64,000 nt of DNA from Trebonia sp. (GCA_050013875.1 JBEKEK010000019.1:3807-67806); one strand, 5' to 3'; positions 19,728 through 29,708 are shown, counted from the first letter of the stretch. Made by a program: numbers and translations. The notes: generated by a model not told the origin, from the sequence alone.

Positions 19728-20852
19728 TCAGCGCTGCCCGAGCGGCATCGCCGTGCTGAAGGAGTCGGGGTCGCAGCCGCAGGATTCGGGATCGACGGGC
19801 GGGCCCGGGTCGATGTGGCGGGGGATGTCGCGGAAGATCCCGCCGCCGGCGCTGAATGCGGTCAGGGCGTCGGCGGCGAGGATCACCGCGGCGGAGGTCC
19901 AGGCGGACCGCTCGGCCGGGAAGTGCTCCTGGTTGACGTACTGCCAGCCGGTCCAGTACGAACCGTCCTCGTGACGCAGCCGCCGCACCGTGGCGTACAC
20001 CTCGGCCGCCCGCTCGCGCTGGCCGCAGGCGTCGAGGGAGAGCACAAGCTCGCAGGTTTCCGCGACGGTTACCCACGGCTGGTCGCTGACGCAGCGGACG
20101 CCAAGGCGCGGCACGACGAAGGTGTCCCAGTCGGCGGCGAGCATTTCGGCGCCGGCGGCGTCGCGCAGCGCGCCGCCAAGCACCGGGTAGTACCAGTCCA
20201 TCGCGAACCGGCTCTTGTCGGCGAATGCCTCCGGATGGCTGGCGAGCACGTGGCCGAGCAGGTCGGCCGCCAGCTCCCAGTCCGGTTGCGGTCGGCCGGC
20301 CAGGTCCGCCAGCGCGAGCGCGCAGCGCAGCCCCTGGAGAATGCTCGAGCACCCGGACAGCAGCGCGAACCCGCCTGCCCGGCCGGCCGCGTCGCGCTCC
20401 CACACCACCTCGCCGCGCGGCGTCTGCAACTCGAGCACCCAGTCGATCGCGGCGCGGACGGCGGGCCACATCACCGCGGCGAACGCCCGGTCCCCGGTGA
20501 CCAGGTACTCGTGCCAGACGCCGACGGCGACGTACGCGGCATGATGGCTCTCGGCCCCCCGATCGGCCACCGCGTCCGGCCCGGCGGCGTCCGCGCCGCC
20601 GGTCGTCCGCGGCCACGAGCCGTCCCGGCGCTGCGTATCGAGCAGCCACTGGTACGCGCGGCGGGCCGGGCCGGCCAGCCCGCAGGCGCTGAGCGCCATC
20701 GCGCACTCGATGTGATCCCACGGGTCCACGTGCCCGTCCGGCCACCGGACCGCGCCGCTTGACGATTGCATCGCCGCGATCGAACGCGCGGTCCGCAGCA
20801 GGTCGAGAGGTGGCGCCGGCCGGCCCGGCCGGGGTGAGTCAGCTGACCGCAT
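19728..20852 (-). CDS. Prenyltransferase/squalene-oxidase-repeat-like alpha/alpha barrel protein of unknown function
   Basis: DPWDHIECAMAL, QW-like WLLDTQRRDGSW, FAMDWYYPVLGG, PWVTVAETCE, DGSYWTG. Start placed at ATG 20852, which overlaps the end of the upstream gene. Confidence 0.78.
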   Translation of the reverse strand: MRSADSPRPGRPAPPLDLLRTARSIAAMQSSSGAVRWPDGHVDPWDHIECAMALSACGLAGPARRAYQWLLDTQRRDGSWPRTTGGADAAGPDAVADRGAESHHAAYVAVGVWHEYLVTGDRAFAAVMWPAVRAAIDWVLELQTPRGEVVWERDAAGRAGGFALLSGCSSILQGLRCALALADLAGRPQPDWELAADLLGHVLASHPEAFADKSRFAMDWYYPVLGGALRDAAGAEMLAADWDTFVVPRLGVRCVSDQPWVTVAETCELVLSLDACGQRERAAEVYATVRRLRHEDGSYWTGWQYVNQEHFPAERSAWTSAAVILAADALTAFSAGGGIFRDIPRHIDPGPPVDPESCGCDPDSFSTAMPLGQR

Positions 20853-21585
20853 CCGCCTGGCCAGGGTCTCGCGGTGACGCCTTCTTGGCATAGATGACGA
20901 GGCTCTTGCCGATAACCGGGTTGAGCGCGGCCTCGGTTACCCGGGTCAGCGCCGGCTTGCTCATGATGTCCCAGACGAGCAACCGGTGGTAGCCGCGGAC
21001 GGCGGGATGCGCGTCGTCCTGGACGCCGACCGCGCATTTCAGCCACCAGTAAAGGGAGTGCAGGCCGTGCGCGTGGTGGGCGCCGGCCGGTGTCAGGCCG
21101 GCCGCGGTCAGCTTGGCGGTCAGCTCGGCGCGGGTGAAGATGCGCACGTGGCCACCGGGGACCTCGTGGTACTCGCTGGACAGCGCCCAGCAGATCCGCT
21201 CGGGCAGCCAGGCGGGCACCGTTACCGCCACGGTGCCGCCGGGGCGGACCACGCGGGCGATCTCTTTGAGCGCGGTGGTGTCGTCAGGGATGTGCTCGAG
21301 CATCTCGGCGACGATGATGCCGTCGAACGACCCGTCAGGAAAGGGCAACCGGGTCGCGTCCGCGCTGACCGCGGCGGCCTGCGCGGGCGGACCGGTCTCG
21401 TCCTCCGCCCGCATCGCGGCGAACATGTCGCTGACCGGCGCCAGCTCCTTCAGGTCGAGGTCGGCGGCGATGACGCGGGCGCCCCGGCGGTACGCCTCGA
21501 ACGCGTGGCGGCCGGCGCCGCAGCCCAGGTCGAGGACGAGATCGCCCGGATTAAGCGGAAACTTCGTGAAATCGACGGTTAGCAA
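20839..21585 (-). CDS. Class I SAM-dependent methyltransferase (Methyltransf_11-like)
   Basis: VLDLGCGAGRH, DATRLPFPDGSFD, EMLEHIPDD, PGG. Confidence 0.92.
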   Translation of the reverse strand: MLTVDFTKFPLNPGDLVLDLGCGAGRHAFEAYRRGARVIAADLDLKELAPVSDMFAAMRAEDETGPPAQAAAVSADATRLPFPDGSFDGIIVAEMLEHIPDDTTALKEIARVVRPGGTVAVTVPAWLPERICWALSSEYHEVPGGHVRIFTRAELTAKLTAAGLTPAGAHHAHGLHSLYWWLKCAVGVQDDAHPAVRGYHRLLVWDIMSKPALTRVTEAALNPVIGKSLVIYAKKASPRDPGQADAVS

Positions 21586-22823
21586 CCGAGTTCTCCGTTG
21601 ATGGCCTTCCGGTACAGCCCGGCGGTCGCGGCCGCGACCGCCGGCCAGGCGAACCGCTCGCCGACCCGGGCTAGTCCGCGAGCCGCCTGCCCGGCCCGTG
21701 CGCTGCCGTCGTCGAGCAGCCCGCGCAGCGCGGCGGCCAGTTCCTCCGGGTCGCCCGGCTTGACCAGCACCGCCGCGTCGCCGACGACCTCGGGCAGCGC
21801 CCCCGCCCGGCTGGCTATCAGCGGGGTACCGGACGCCAGGTGCTCCACCGCGGGCAGCGAGAAGCCCTCGTACAGCGAGGGGACCACCGCCACCTCGGCC
21901 GAGGCGAGCAGCAGCGCGTACTCCTCGTCCGGCAGACCGTTGGCGAACGTCACCTTGTCACCCAGGGCGAGCAGCGCGACCAGTTCGCGGGTGGCGTTCG
22001 ACGGGCTGCCGACGACTATCAGGTGCGCGTCGCGTTCTGTGGCCAGCTTGGCGACCGCGCGGAGCAGCGTGGACAACCCCTTGAGGGGGGAGTCTGCGCT
22101 GGTCACGGTCACGATCCTGCCCTTTACGCGTGGTCGGTCGGGGCGGGGGCGGAACAGCCGGGTATCCACCCCCAATGGAACGATCTGGACTTTATCGCGG
22201 TGGACGCCGAAGTCTCGGCATATGTCGTCCTTCGACGATTCGGACACCGTGATCAACGGTCCCACCCGCCTCGCTACCCGCCCCTGCATGCGCACGAACC
22301 CGTACCAGCGCGCTTTGCTCAGCCGCTGAAGCCACCCAGAGGCCGCCATGTCAAGCCGCCGGTCGACCGTGATCGGATGATGGATGGAGGTCACCAGCGG
22401 CAGACCAATGCGGTGCACCCCGAGCATGCCGTAGCCGAGGCCCTGGTTGTCATGGACGATGTCGAAGTCGCCGGGACGGGCGCGCAGCGCCCGCAGCGCC
22501 CGGATGCTGAAGGTGAGCGGCTCGGGGAACGCTCCGCCCCACATCATGGCGACCTCGAGCGCGTCGGCCCAGTCCCTGATCTCCGAGGGACGCGGCGTCC
22601 GGAACGGGTCATCGTCGGCGTACAGGTCAAGGCTCGGCAGCCGGCGCAGCAGCGGGCCGTCGTCCAGTTCCGGGTAGGGCTGGCCGGAGAGCACCTCGAC
22701 GTGGTGACCGAGCGCGGAGAGTTCCCTGCTCAGGTGGCGCACGTAGACGCCCTGGCCGCCGGAGTGCGGCTTGCTGCGGTAAGACAGCAGCGCGATGCGC
22801 AGACGGCGATTGACAGAGGCCAC
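21579..22823 (-). CDS. GT4 (GT-B fold) glycosyltransferase
   Basis: GGQGVYV, ITVSESS, PLGVD, KGL, PSLYEGFSLPAVE...G.P. Confidence 0.93.
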   Translation of the reverse strand: MASVNRRLRIALLSYRSKPHSGGQGVYVRHLSRELSALGHHVEVLSGQPYPELDDGPLLRRLPSLDLYADDDPFRTPRPSEIRDWADALEVAMMWGGAFPEPLTFSIRALRALRARPGDFDIVHDNQGLGYGMLGVHRIGLPLVTSIHHPITVDRRLDMAASGWLQRLSKARWYGFVRMQGRVARRVGPLITVSESSKDDICRDFGVHRDKVQIVPLGVDTRLFRPRPDRPRVKGRIVTVTSADSPLKGLSTLLRAVAKLATERDAHLIVVGSPSNATRELVALLALGDKVTFANGLPDEEYALLLASAEVAVVPSLYEGFSLPAVEHLASGTPLIASRAGALPEVVGDAAVLVKPGDPEELAAALRGLLDDGSARAGQAARGLARVGERFAWPAVAAATAGLYRKAINGELGC

Positions 22824-22860
22824 GGGGCACCTTACCAGTCGGTAAGGAGGCGGGGCGGAG

Positions 22861-23589
22861 TCAGCCGGCCGCCAGGCCGCCGACGGCGAGACCGATCAGG
22901 TAGGTGAAGCCGGCCGCGATCGCGCCAAGTGCGAGCTGGCGCAGCGCGCCGCGCCAGAATGGCCGGGCGGTCAGCCGCGCCACCAGCCCGCCGCCCACGA
23001 CCGCGGCCAGCGCCGACAGCAGCAGCGCAACCCAGAGCGCGTCGGACCCGACGAGGTAAGGGAACAGTGGGATGATCGCGCCGATGGCAAACGACACGAG
23101 CGACGCTCCTGCCGCGACCAGCGGCGATGGCAGCTCGGCGGGATTGACGCCGAGCTCCTCGATGGCGTGGATGGCGAGCGCTTTGTCCGGGTGCGCGGAG
23201 ATCTCGGCGGCGGCGAGCCGCGCGGTGGCCGCGCTGATACCGCGCCGGCGCAGCATCCCGACCAGTTCCAGCTGCTCGGCGGCGGCGTTGGTGGTGAGCT
23301 CGTGCTGCTCCTTGTCCACCTCGGACTGGACAAGTTCGTTCTGCGAGGAGACCGAGACGTACTCGCCCGCTGCCATTGAGAACGCGCCGGCCGCCAGGCC
23401 CGCCAGGCCGGTGAGTACGATCGCGTGCTGTGAGCCGCCGCCGCCACCCACGCCCGCGATCAGCGAGACATTGGTGACAAGACCGTCCATCGCCCCGAAT
23501 ACGGCAGGCCGGAGCCACCCGCCCGACACGTCCCGGTGCTCAGGACCGTGGTGCGGCGGTGCATCGGTCTGTTCTTTCCCCGTTGTCAT
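22861..23589 (-). CDS. VIT1/CCC1 family Fe/Mn transporter
   Basis: LRPAVFGAMDGLV, AGAFSMAAGEYVSVSSQ, SFAIGAIIPL; start uncertain (23589 or 23592). Confidence 0.92.
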   Translation of the reverse strand: MTTGKEQTDAPPHHGPEHRDVSGGWLRPAVFGAMDGLVTNVSLIAGVGGGGGSQHAIVLTGLAGLAAGAFSMAAGEYVSVSSQNELVQSEVDKEQHELTTNAAAEQLELVGMLRRRGISAATARLAAAEISAHPDKALAIHAIEELGVNPAELPSPLVAAGASLVSFAIGAIIPLFPYLVGSDALWVALLLSALAAVVGGGLVARLTARPFWRGALRQLALGAIAAGFTYLIGLAVGGLAAG

Positions 23590-23645
23590 CACTGCGGATT
23601 CTACCAAGTGCTCTACCGGTCAGGACTTACGGGAATGCTGTGCTT

Positions 23646-25061
23646 GTGACAACAGTCGAGGTGGCCGGGGCGCCGCGCCGCTGGCATGCCAGGCTCGCCT
23701 GGCTCGGTCGCGGCGCGGTCGCCAGCGATGTGCTGATCGAGGCGCACGGAGAGCGGTTCACGGTGGTCACCCCGGGCACTCCGGCCGGACAGGTCCCGCC
23801 TGCTACCGCCCGGCTTGACGGACTTACGCTGCCAGGGCTGGCGAACGCGCATTCGCACGCGTTCCACCGCGCGCTGCGCGGCGGCGCCACCCCGGGCGGG
23901 CAGGCGGCCGGCGGTGACACGTTCTGGACCTGGCGGGACAGCATGTACGCGGTCGCCGAGCGGCTCGACCCGGGGACGTACTTCACCCTCGCCCGTGCCG
24001 TTTACGCCGAGATGGCGCTGGCCGGCATCACCTGCGTGGGGGAGTTCCACTACCTGCACCACGGCCCGGACGGGAAGCGGTACAGCGATCCGAACGAGAT
24101 CGGCCGCCAGCTGATCTCGGCCGCGGCCGCCGCCGGCCTGCGGATCTCCCTGCTCGATGCGTGCTATCTGGCCGGGGGGTTCCTGCCGGGGGGAGAGGCG
24201 CTGCCGCTGTCCGGCGTCCAGCTTCGGTTCGGCGACGGCACAGCGGCAGCCTGGGCCGAGCGGCTCTCCGGGTTCGGCTGCGACTCCCACGGCATGGTGG
24301 CGCCGCACGCCCGTCTTGGCGCGGCGATTCACTCCGTCCGGGCGGTCCCCCCTGACCAGGTACCCGAGTTGATGGCGTGGTCGCACGCGCACGCGGCACC
24401 GGTGCACGCGCACCTGTCTGAGCAGCCGCTGGAGAACGCGGAGTGCCGGGCGGCGTTCGGCGCCACCCCGGCCGAGGTGCTCTACGAGGCGGGCGCGCTC
24501 GGCCCGCGTTCGACCATGGTGCACGCCACCCACCTGACGTCGCGGGATATCGACCTGCTGGGCGGGTCGCGGTCAACCGTGTGCATGTGCCCGCTGACCG
24601 AGGCCGACCTCGCCGACGGGGTCGGCCCCGCGCCTGCGGTCGCGGCTGCCGGGTCGCCGCTCGCGCTCGGCAGCGACGGGCACAGCGCCATCGACCTGGT
24701 CGAGGAGGCGCGCTGGCTGGAGCTGTCGCAGCGGCTTGTCAGCCGGCGGCGCGGCCACTTCACGCCCGCCGAGCTGGCCGGGGCCGCCACGGTGAGCGGG
24801 CACGCCTGCCTGGGCTGGTCGGACGCGGGCGAGATCGTGCCCGGCGCGTACGCCGACTTGGTGACGGTGTCACTCGACTCGCCAAGGCTGGCCGGTGCGC
24901 TGGCGGGCGACCCGCTGGCGGCGTTGTTCGCCGCCGGGACCTCGGCCGACATCAGGCACGTGGTCGCCGCGGGCACCGACGTGGTCCGCGACGGGCGTCA
25001 CCTGCTGGTGGACGACGTGCCCGGTGAGCTTGCCGCCGCGATCAGCGCCGTGCTCGGCTGA
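23646..25061 (+). CDS. hutF: Formimidoylglutamate deiminase
   Basis: [47 protein letters not shown]; start moved to GTG 23646. Confidence 0.9.
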   Translation: MTTVEVAGAPRRWHARLAWLGRGAVASDVLIEAHGERFTVVTPGTPAGQVPPATARLDGLTLPGLANAHSHAFHRALRGGATPGGQAAGGDTFWTWRDSMYAVAERLDPGTYFTLARAVYAEMALAGITCVGEFHYLHHGPDGKRYSDPNEIGRQLISAAAAAGLRISLLDACYLAGGFLPGGEALPLSGVQLRFGDGTAAAWAERLSGFGCDSHGMVAPHARLGAAIHSVRAVPPDQVPELMAWSHAHAAPVHAHLSEQPLENAECRAAFGATPAEVLYEAGALGPRSTMVHATHLTSRDIDLLGGSRSTVCMCPLTEADLADGVGPAPAVAAAGSPLALGSDGHSAIDLVEEARWLELSQRLVSRRRGHFTPAELAGAATVSGHACLGWSDAGEIVPGAYADLVTVSLDSPRLAGALAGDPLAALFAAGTSADIRHVVAAGTDVVRDGRHLLVDDVPGELAAAISAVLG

Positions 25062-25075
25062 ACGGGGCGGCGCCC

Positions 25076-26284
25076 GTGGGTGAGTCGCTGCTGATCGCGC
25101 GAATCGGCGAACTGGTAACGAACGCACCGGAAACCGATGGCGGCGGCCGCGGCCCGGGCCCGTTCGCGGTGATCAACGACGGGGCGCTGGTCATCGAGGG
25201 GGACCGGATCGTCTGGACCGGCCCGTCGTCCCGCGCGCCCGCCGCCGACGCCCTGGTGGACGCGACGGGCCGCGCCGTGCTGCCCGGGTTCGTCGACTCG
25301 CACGCGCACCTGGTTTTCGCGGGCGAGCGGTCGGCCGAGTTCGCGGCGCGGATGGCTGGCCTCCCGTACGCGGCGGGCGGCATCAGGTCCACGGTCGCGG
25401 CGACCCGCGCGGCCACCGACGCGGAGCTGCGCGCCGGGCTGCACCGGCTGGCGGGGGAGATGCTCGCCCAGGGCACGACCACCTTCGAGTGCAAGTCCGG
25501 TTACGGGCTCACGGTCACCGACGAGTCCCGCTCGGTCGCACTCGCCGCCGAGATCACCGCCGAGGTGACCTACCTCGGCGCGCACGTGGTCCCGGCGGAG
25601 TTCGACGGTGACGCGGGCGCGTATGTGGATCTGGTGTGCGGCCCGATGCTCGACGCCTGCGCGCCGCACGCCCGGTGGGTTGACGTGTTCTGCGAGCGCG
25701 GCGCCTTCAGCGCCGACGAGGCCCGCGCGGTGCTGACGGCCGGCCGGGATCGCGGCCTGATCCCCCGGATACACGCCGGCCAGCTGGGTCCCGGACCGGG
25801 GGTGCGGCTGGCGGTCGAGCTCGGCGCCGCCTCGGCCGACCACTGCACGTTTCTCAGCGACGCCGACGTGGACGCGCTGGCCGCCGCCGCACCGTCGCCG
25901 TCCGCGGCCGGAACCGTCGCCACGCTGCTGCCGGGCGCGGAGTTCGGCACCCGCCAGCCTTACCCGGATGCGCGCCGACTGCTCGACGCGGGGGTGACGG
26001 TGGCCCTGGCCAGTGACTGCAACCCCGGCTCGTCCTACACCTCGAGCATGCCCTTCTGCGTCGCCCTGGCCGTCCGCGACATGCGGATGACCACCGCGGA
26101 GGCGGTCTGGGCGGCCACCGCGGGCGGCGCCATCGCGCTGCGCCGGACCGACGTCGGCTATCTCGCCCCCGGCGCCAAGGCCGACCTGGTGATGCTCGAT
26201 GCCCCGTCCCACGCCTACCTCGCCTACCGCCCCGGCGTCCCCCTCATCCACGCCGTCTGGCAAGCGGGGACGGGTCAGCCGTAA
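25076..26284 (+). CDS. hutI: Imidazolonepropionase
   Basis: [50 protein letters not shown]. Confidence 0.93.
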   Translation: MGESLLIARIGELVTNAPETDGGGRGPGPFAVINDGALVIEGDRIVWTGPSSRAPAADALVDATGRAVLPGFVDSHAHLVFAGERSAEFAARMAGLPYAAGGIRSTVAATRAATDAELRAGLHRLAGEMLAQGTTTFECKSGYGLTVTDESRSVALAAEITAEVTYLGAHVVPAEFDGDAGAYVDLVCGPMLDACAPHARWVDVFCERGAFSADEARAVLTAGRDRGLIPRIHAGQLGPGPGVRLAVELGAASADHCTFLSDADVDALAAAAPSPSAAGTVATLLPGAEFGTRQPYPDARRLLDAGVTVALASDCNPGSSYTSSMPFCVALAVRDMRMTTAEAVWAATAGGAIALRRTDVGYLAPGAKADLVMLDAPSHAYLAYRPGVPLIHAVWQAGTGQP

Positions 26285-26311
26285 AACGACCAGAACATAA
26301 GGCTCATTGTG

Positions 26312-26362
26312 GTTATCGTGGGTACTTTCGGTCGTATAGGGCCCCAAACTACCCACGATAAC
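26312..26362. repeat. Inverted-repeat element (13-bp perfect arms, ~20-bp imperfect)
   Basis: gttatcgtgggta (26312-26324) pairs with tacccacgataac (26350-26362). Confidence 0.8.
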
Positions 26363-26506
26363 GATGGCAGGCTCGTGAGCGTGGTGGTTGGGCTGGTCGA
26401 GCGCGATGGCAGGCTGGTCGAGCGTGGTGGTGGGGCTGGTCGAGCGCGATGGCAGGCTGGTCGAGCGTGGTGGCAGCCCGACGAGCGGGTGAGTCGAGCG
26501 GGTGAG
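26362..26506. repeat. Tandem repeat with 42-43 bp period (two alternating ~21-bp subunits), followed by 2x cgagcgggtgag
   Basis: cgatggcaggct at 26362, 26404 and 26447; recurring ggctggtcgagcg. Confidence 0.85.
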
Positions 26507-26521
26507 ATGCCAAAATGCGCC

Positions 26522-26881
26522 TTAGGCCTGCTGGAACTCGATGCGGTTGCCGAACGGGTCGTGGGTGTGGAACCGGTGAACGCCGGGGATCTCGCCGTCG
26601 GCCGGGGTGCACTCGTAGCCGGCCGCGGTCATCGTCGCGGCCAGACCGTCGAGGTCGCTGACGAGCAGCGCCGGGTGCGCCTTGCGGGCGGGCGTGAACG
26701 AGGCCTCCACCCCTAGGTGCAAGACGGCGGCACCGCTGGTGAACCAGCAGCCGCCCCGCGCGGCGAGAATCGGCGGCTTCTCGAGTTCCGTCATCCCCAG
26801 CAGGACCGCGTAGAAGGCGCGCGCCGCCGCTTCCTGCCCCGGCGGCATCGCTACCTGGACGTGGTCGAATCCCGCGATCAT
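26522..26881 (-). CDS. VOC/glyoxalase family protein
   Basis: FDHVQVAMP.G.E..ARAFY, GGCWF, LHLGVE, KAHPA, DPFGNRIEF; ATG 26881 preceded by GGAGG. Confidence 0.92.
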   Translation of the reverse strand: MIAGFDHVQVAMPPGQEAAARAFYAVLLGMTELEKPPILAARGGCWFTSGAAVLHLGVEASFTPARKAHPALLVSDLDGLAATMTAAGYECTPADGEIPGVHRFHTHDPFGNRIEFQQA

Positions 26882-26893
26882 CGCACCTCCACA

Positions 26894-26926
26894 TATCTCG
26901 CTCAAAAGATACTTGACGTCAAGGTA
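26894..26926. promoter_or_regulatory. Tandem TamR-like (MarR family) operator candidates
   Basis: atacttgacgtcaaggta (26909-26926) and a weaker tatctcgctcaaaagata (26894-26911); same core as the site upstream of icd. Confidence 0.65.
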
Positions 26927-27000
26927 TATGTCGAAGGGGGCCGGAGCTAGTCAGGCTTGGGTCAGTGGGAGCTAATACTACGGACCAGATTTGTGGGGTT

Positions 27001-27206
27001 GACCGTGACCGTGACGGTTGTGGTTGTGGTTGTGACGGCTGTGGGTGTGGTTGTGACGGTTGTGGTTGTGTTGTGACGGTTGTGGTTGTGTTGTGACGGT
27101 TGTGGGTGTGGTTGTGACGGTTGTGGTTGTGGTTGTGGCGATGGTGGTTGTGACGGTTGTGGTTGTGGTTGTGACGGCTGTGGGTGTGGGTGGTTGTGGT
27201 TGTGGT
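27001..27206. repeat. Low-complexity GT-rich simple repeat (gttgtg / gtgacg units)
   Basis: About 200 bp built almost entirely from gttgtg, ggtgtg and gtgacggttgtg units. Confidence 0.92.
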
Positions 27207-27242
27207 GCGGCGAACAGTGTCCGCTTGGTCGTCGATTTCGGT

Positions 27243-28406
27243 CTAGGTCCCCGCGTGCTGGTACTCGCCCCGGGCGATGACGGCGGACAGCCGGAAGCCG
27301 GAGTCAAGCAGGACGATGTCGGCCGCCAGCCCGGCCCGCAGCGACCCGGTCACGCGGTCAAGACCCAGGCGGCGGGCGGGCGTGCTGCTCGCCGCGTCGG
27401 CGGCGTCGGTGACGCTCAGCCTCACGGCGGTGATCGCGCGGCGCACCACGAACTCCATCGTGGCGGTCGAGCCGGCGATGGCGCCGGCATCGCCGGCCAG
27501 CCGGGCCACTCCGCCGGAGACGGTCACGTCCAGCTCGCCGAGCCGGTAACCGCCGTCCGGCATGCCTGCCGCGGCCATCGCGTCGGTGATCAGCACGAGG
27601 TTGCCGGGGCCGGCCGCGCGGGCCGCCAGCCGGACGATCGCGTCGTGCAGGTGCGTGCCGTCGGCGATGACCTCGCAGGTCACCTGGCGGTCAAGCAGCG
27701 CCCCGGCCGGCCCGGGCGCCCGGTGGCCGATGGGCCGCATGCCGTTGAACAGGTGCGTTGCGTGGCTGATGCCGGCGTCGACCGCCGCTGCGGTGACCTC
27801 GTCGGACGCATCGGTGTGGCCTGCCGCGGCGATGACACCGGCCGCCGCCGCGGCCCGGATCACCGCGACCGCGCCGGGCAGCTCGGGGGCAATCGTGATC
27901 ATCCGCAGCCAGCCACGGGAGGCGGCCCGCAGCCGGCTGAAGGCGGCGACGTCGGGCTCGATCAGGTAGCGGGGGTCCTGGGCGCCGCAGCGCGCCGCCG
28001 ACAGGAACGGGCCCTCCAGGTGAATGCCGTCAATCACGCCCTCATCGGCCAGGTCAGCCAGCATGGCGACCCGGCCCGCCAACCGGTCGAGCGGAGCGGT
28101 GACGAGGCTGGCGAGCGTCCGGGTCGTCCCGTGCGCGCGATGGAAGGCCGCGGCCCGCCGGGCGTCATCGGGACCGCCCTCGGTGAAGGACGCGCCACCG
28201 CCGCCATGCACATGCATGTCGATGAAACCGGGAAGCGCCCAGTGCGCGCGGCGGGCAGCGGGCGCCGGCGGTTCCCCGGGCCGCACGGCGTCGATGCGAC
28301 CGCCCGCGATCCGGATCCAGCCGGGCGCGAGTACGCCGTCCGGCGTCACCACGTGCTCGGCGGCGATGATGGCGGTATCGCCCGCCGCGGCCCGGCAGCC
28401 GGTCAA
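27243..28406 (-). CDS. nagA: N-acetylglucosamine-6-phosphate deacetylase
   Basis: PGFIDMHVHGGGG, IHLEGPFL, GHTDA, ATHLFNGM, IADG.H, ITDAM, IAGS. Confidence 0.94.
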   Translation of the reverse strand: MTGCRAAAGDTAIIAAEHVVTPDGVLAPGWIRIAGGRIDAVRPGEPPAPAARRAHWALPGFIDMHVHGGGGASFTEGGPDDARRAAAFHRAHGTTRTLASLVTAPLDRLAGRVAMLADLADEGVIDGIHLEGPFLSAARCGAQDPRYLIEPDVAAFSRLRAASRGWLRMITIAPELPGAVAVIRAAAAAGVIAAAGHTDASDEVTAAAVDAGISHATHLFNGMRPIGHRAPGPAGALLDRQVTCEVIADGTHLHDAIVRLAARAAGPGNLVLITDAMAAAGMPDGGYRLGELDVTVSGGVARLAGDAGAIAGSTATMEFVVRRAITAVRLSVTDAADAASSTPARRLGLDRVTGSLRAGLAADIVLLDSGFRLSAVIARGEYQHAGT

Positions 28407-29635
28407 TCCGACCCCGAGCCGAGCGAGCCCAGCAGCCCGGCCCGCGCCTGCACCAGGGCCGCCTGCAGTGCGCCCCTGAGCACCGGTTCGTCCGGGACCG
28501 ACGTGGCCACGACCGTGGGATGGGCCAGGCAGATCCGGGCGACCTCGGCCGCGACGCGGCTGGCCAGTTCCGTGCCGCCGGCCTTGCCGACGGCGCCGCC
28601 GAGGACGACGAGGCCGGGGTCGAGGACGACGCAGACCGCCGCCACACCGATCGAGACCCGCTGCGCGAGCTCATCAAGGAACGCGGCACTCGCGGCCTGC
28701 TCGCCATCGGCGGCACCGTGAGACCCGCCGGCGACCTCGGGCGCGCGGGCAAGGTCGGCCAGAGCGGCGCCGATGGCGTCGGCCGCGGTGGCGCCGCGGA
28801 ACCCGTACTCGGCTGCTAGCGCCTGCACCGCCAGGCCGCCCGCCAGCGCCTGCAGTCCGGCCTTGCCCGGATGCTCATTGCCAACCGGGAGCGGGGCACC
28901 GTACACCGGCATCCAGCCGATTTCGCCCGCCGCGCCCCCGATGCCACGGCGCACCTCACCGTCGATGACCGTGGCCAGGCCGAGGCCCACGCCGAGCCAC
29001 ACGAACGCGAAGTCATCAAGGCCCGCCGCCGCCCCGCCCGCCCGCTCGGCCATCGCGGCCAGGTTCACGTCGTTCTCGATCAGGACCGGCGTGTGCAGCA
29101 CATCCCGCAGCCCGTCAAGCACCCCCTCCTGCCAGGTCGGCAGGTTCACCGCAAGCCGGGGGGCGCCGGTCCGCGGGTCGAGCACGCCGGGACTGCCGAT
29201 GACGACGGCGGACAGCTTCTCCACGCCGATCCCCGCGATCGCGCAGGCCTGGCTGATCGCCTCGCGGACCAGGCCGACCAGGTCGTCGCCCCCGTTGGGA
29301 TTCATGCTCACGTCCGCCACGCGGTTCCCCGCGACGTCCGCGACGGCTACCCGGACCAGGTCGAACTCCACATATAGTCCAGCCACATACGCGCTCGAGG
29401 GGATGACCGAGTACAGCGCGGCGTTCGGCCCCCGGCCGCCCGCCTGCTCACCCGCGATCATTACCAGGGCGCGTTCCTCCAATCGGGCGAGCATCTGGGA
29501 GACGGTGACCTTGGAAACTCCAGTGCGCTCGGACAACTGCGCCCGGGTGAGCGGCCCCTCGGCGAGCAGCAGTTCAAGCGCGGCCCGGTCGTTCAGTTCG
29601 CGCAGCAGGCTGGGCGTGCCCGGTTTCTGGCGCAT
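28403..29635 (-). CDS. ROK-family transcriptional repressor
   Basis: N-terminal HTH LRELNDRAAL...LTRAQL...GVSKVTVS, GGRGP; ROK motifs ENDVNLAA, GVGLG, GAAGEIG. Confidence 0.92.
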   Translation of the reverse strand: MRQKPGTPSLLRELNDRAALELLLAEGPLTRAQLSERTGVSKVTVSQMLARLEERALVMIAGEQAGGRGPNAALYSVIPSSAYVAGLYVEFDLVRVAVADVAGNRVADVSMNPNGGDDLVGLVREAISQACAIAGIGVEKLSAVVIGSPGVLDPRTGAPRLAVNLPTWQEGVLDGLRDVLHTPVLIENDVNLAAMAERAGGAAAGLDDFAFVWLGVGLGLATVIDGEVRRGIGGAAGEIGWMPVYGAPLPVGNEHPGKAGLQALAGGLAVQALAAEYGFRGATAADAIGAALADLARAPEVAGGSHGAADGEQAASAAFLDELAQRVSIGVAAVCVVLDPGLVVLGGAVGKAGGTELASRVAAEVARICLAHPTVVATSVPDEPVLRGALQAALVQARAGLLGSLGSGSD

Positions 29636-29708
29636 GGCGTCCCCCACGAGTTACGGCCAGCCCGCGAACGGAACGGCCTTTGTTAAGTTCTGGCAACGGG
29701 TCTATCTT

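Noticed and set aside
19728-20852. Squalene-hopene cyclase
   Set aside because: About half the expected length and no DxDD motif.
26978-27307. Thr-rich ORF, and the Cys/Gly-rich metallothionein-like ORF at 27080-27280
   Set aside because: Both are translations of the simple repeat, with no RBS, and they overlap nagA.
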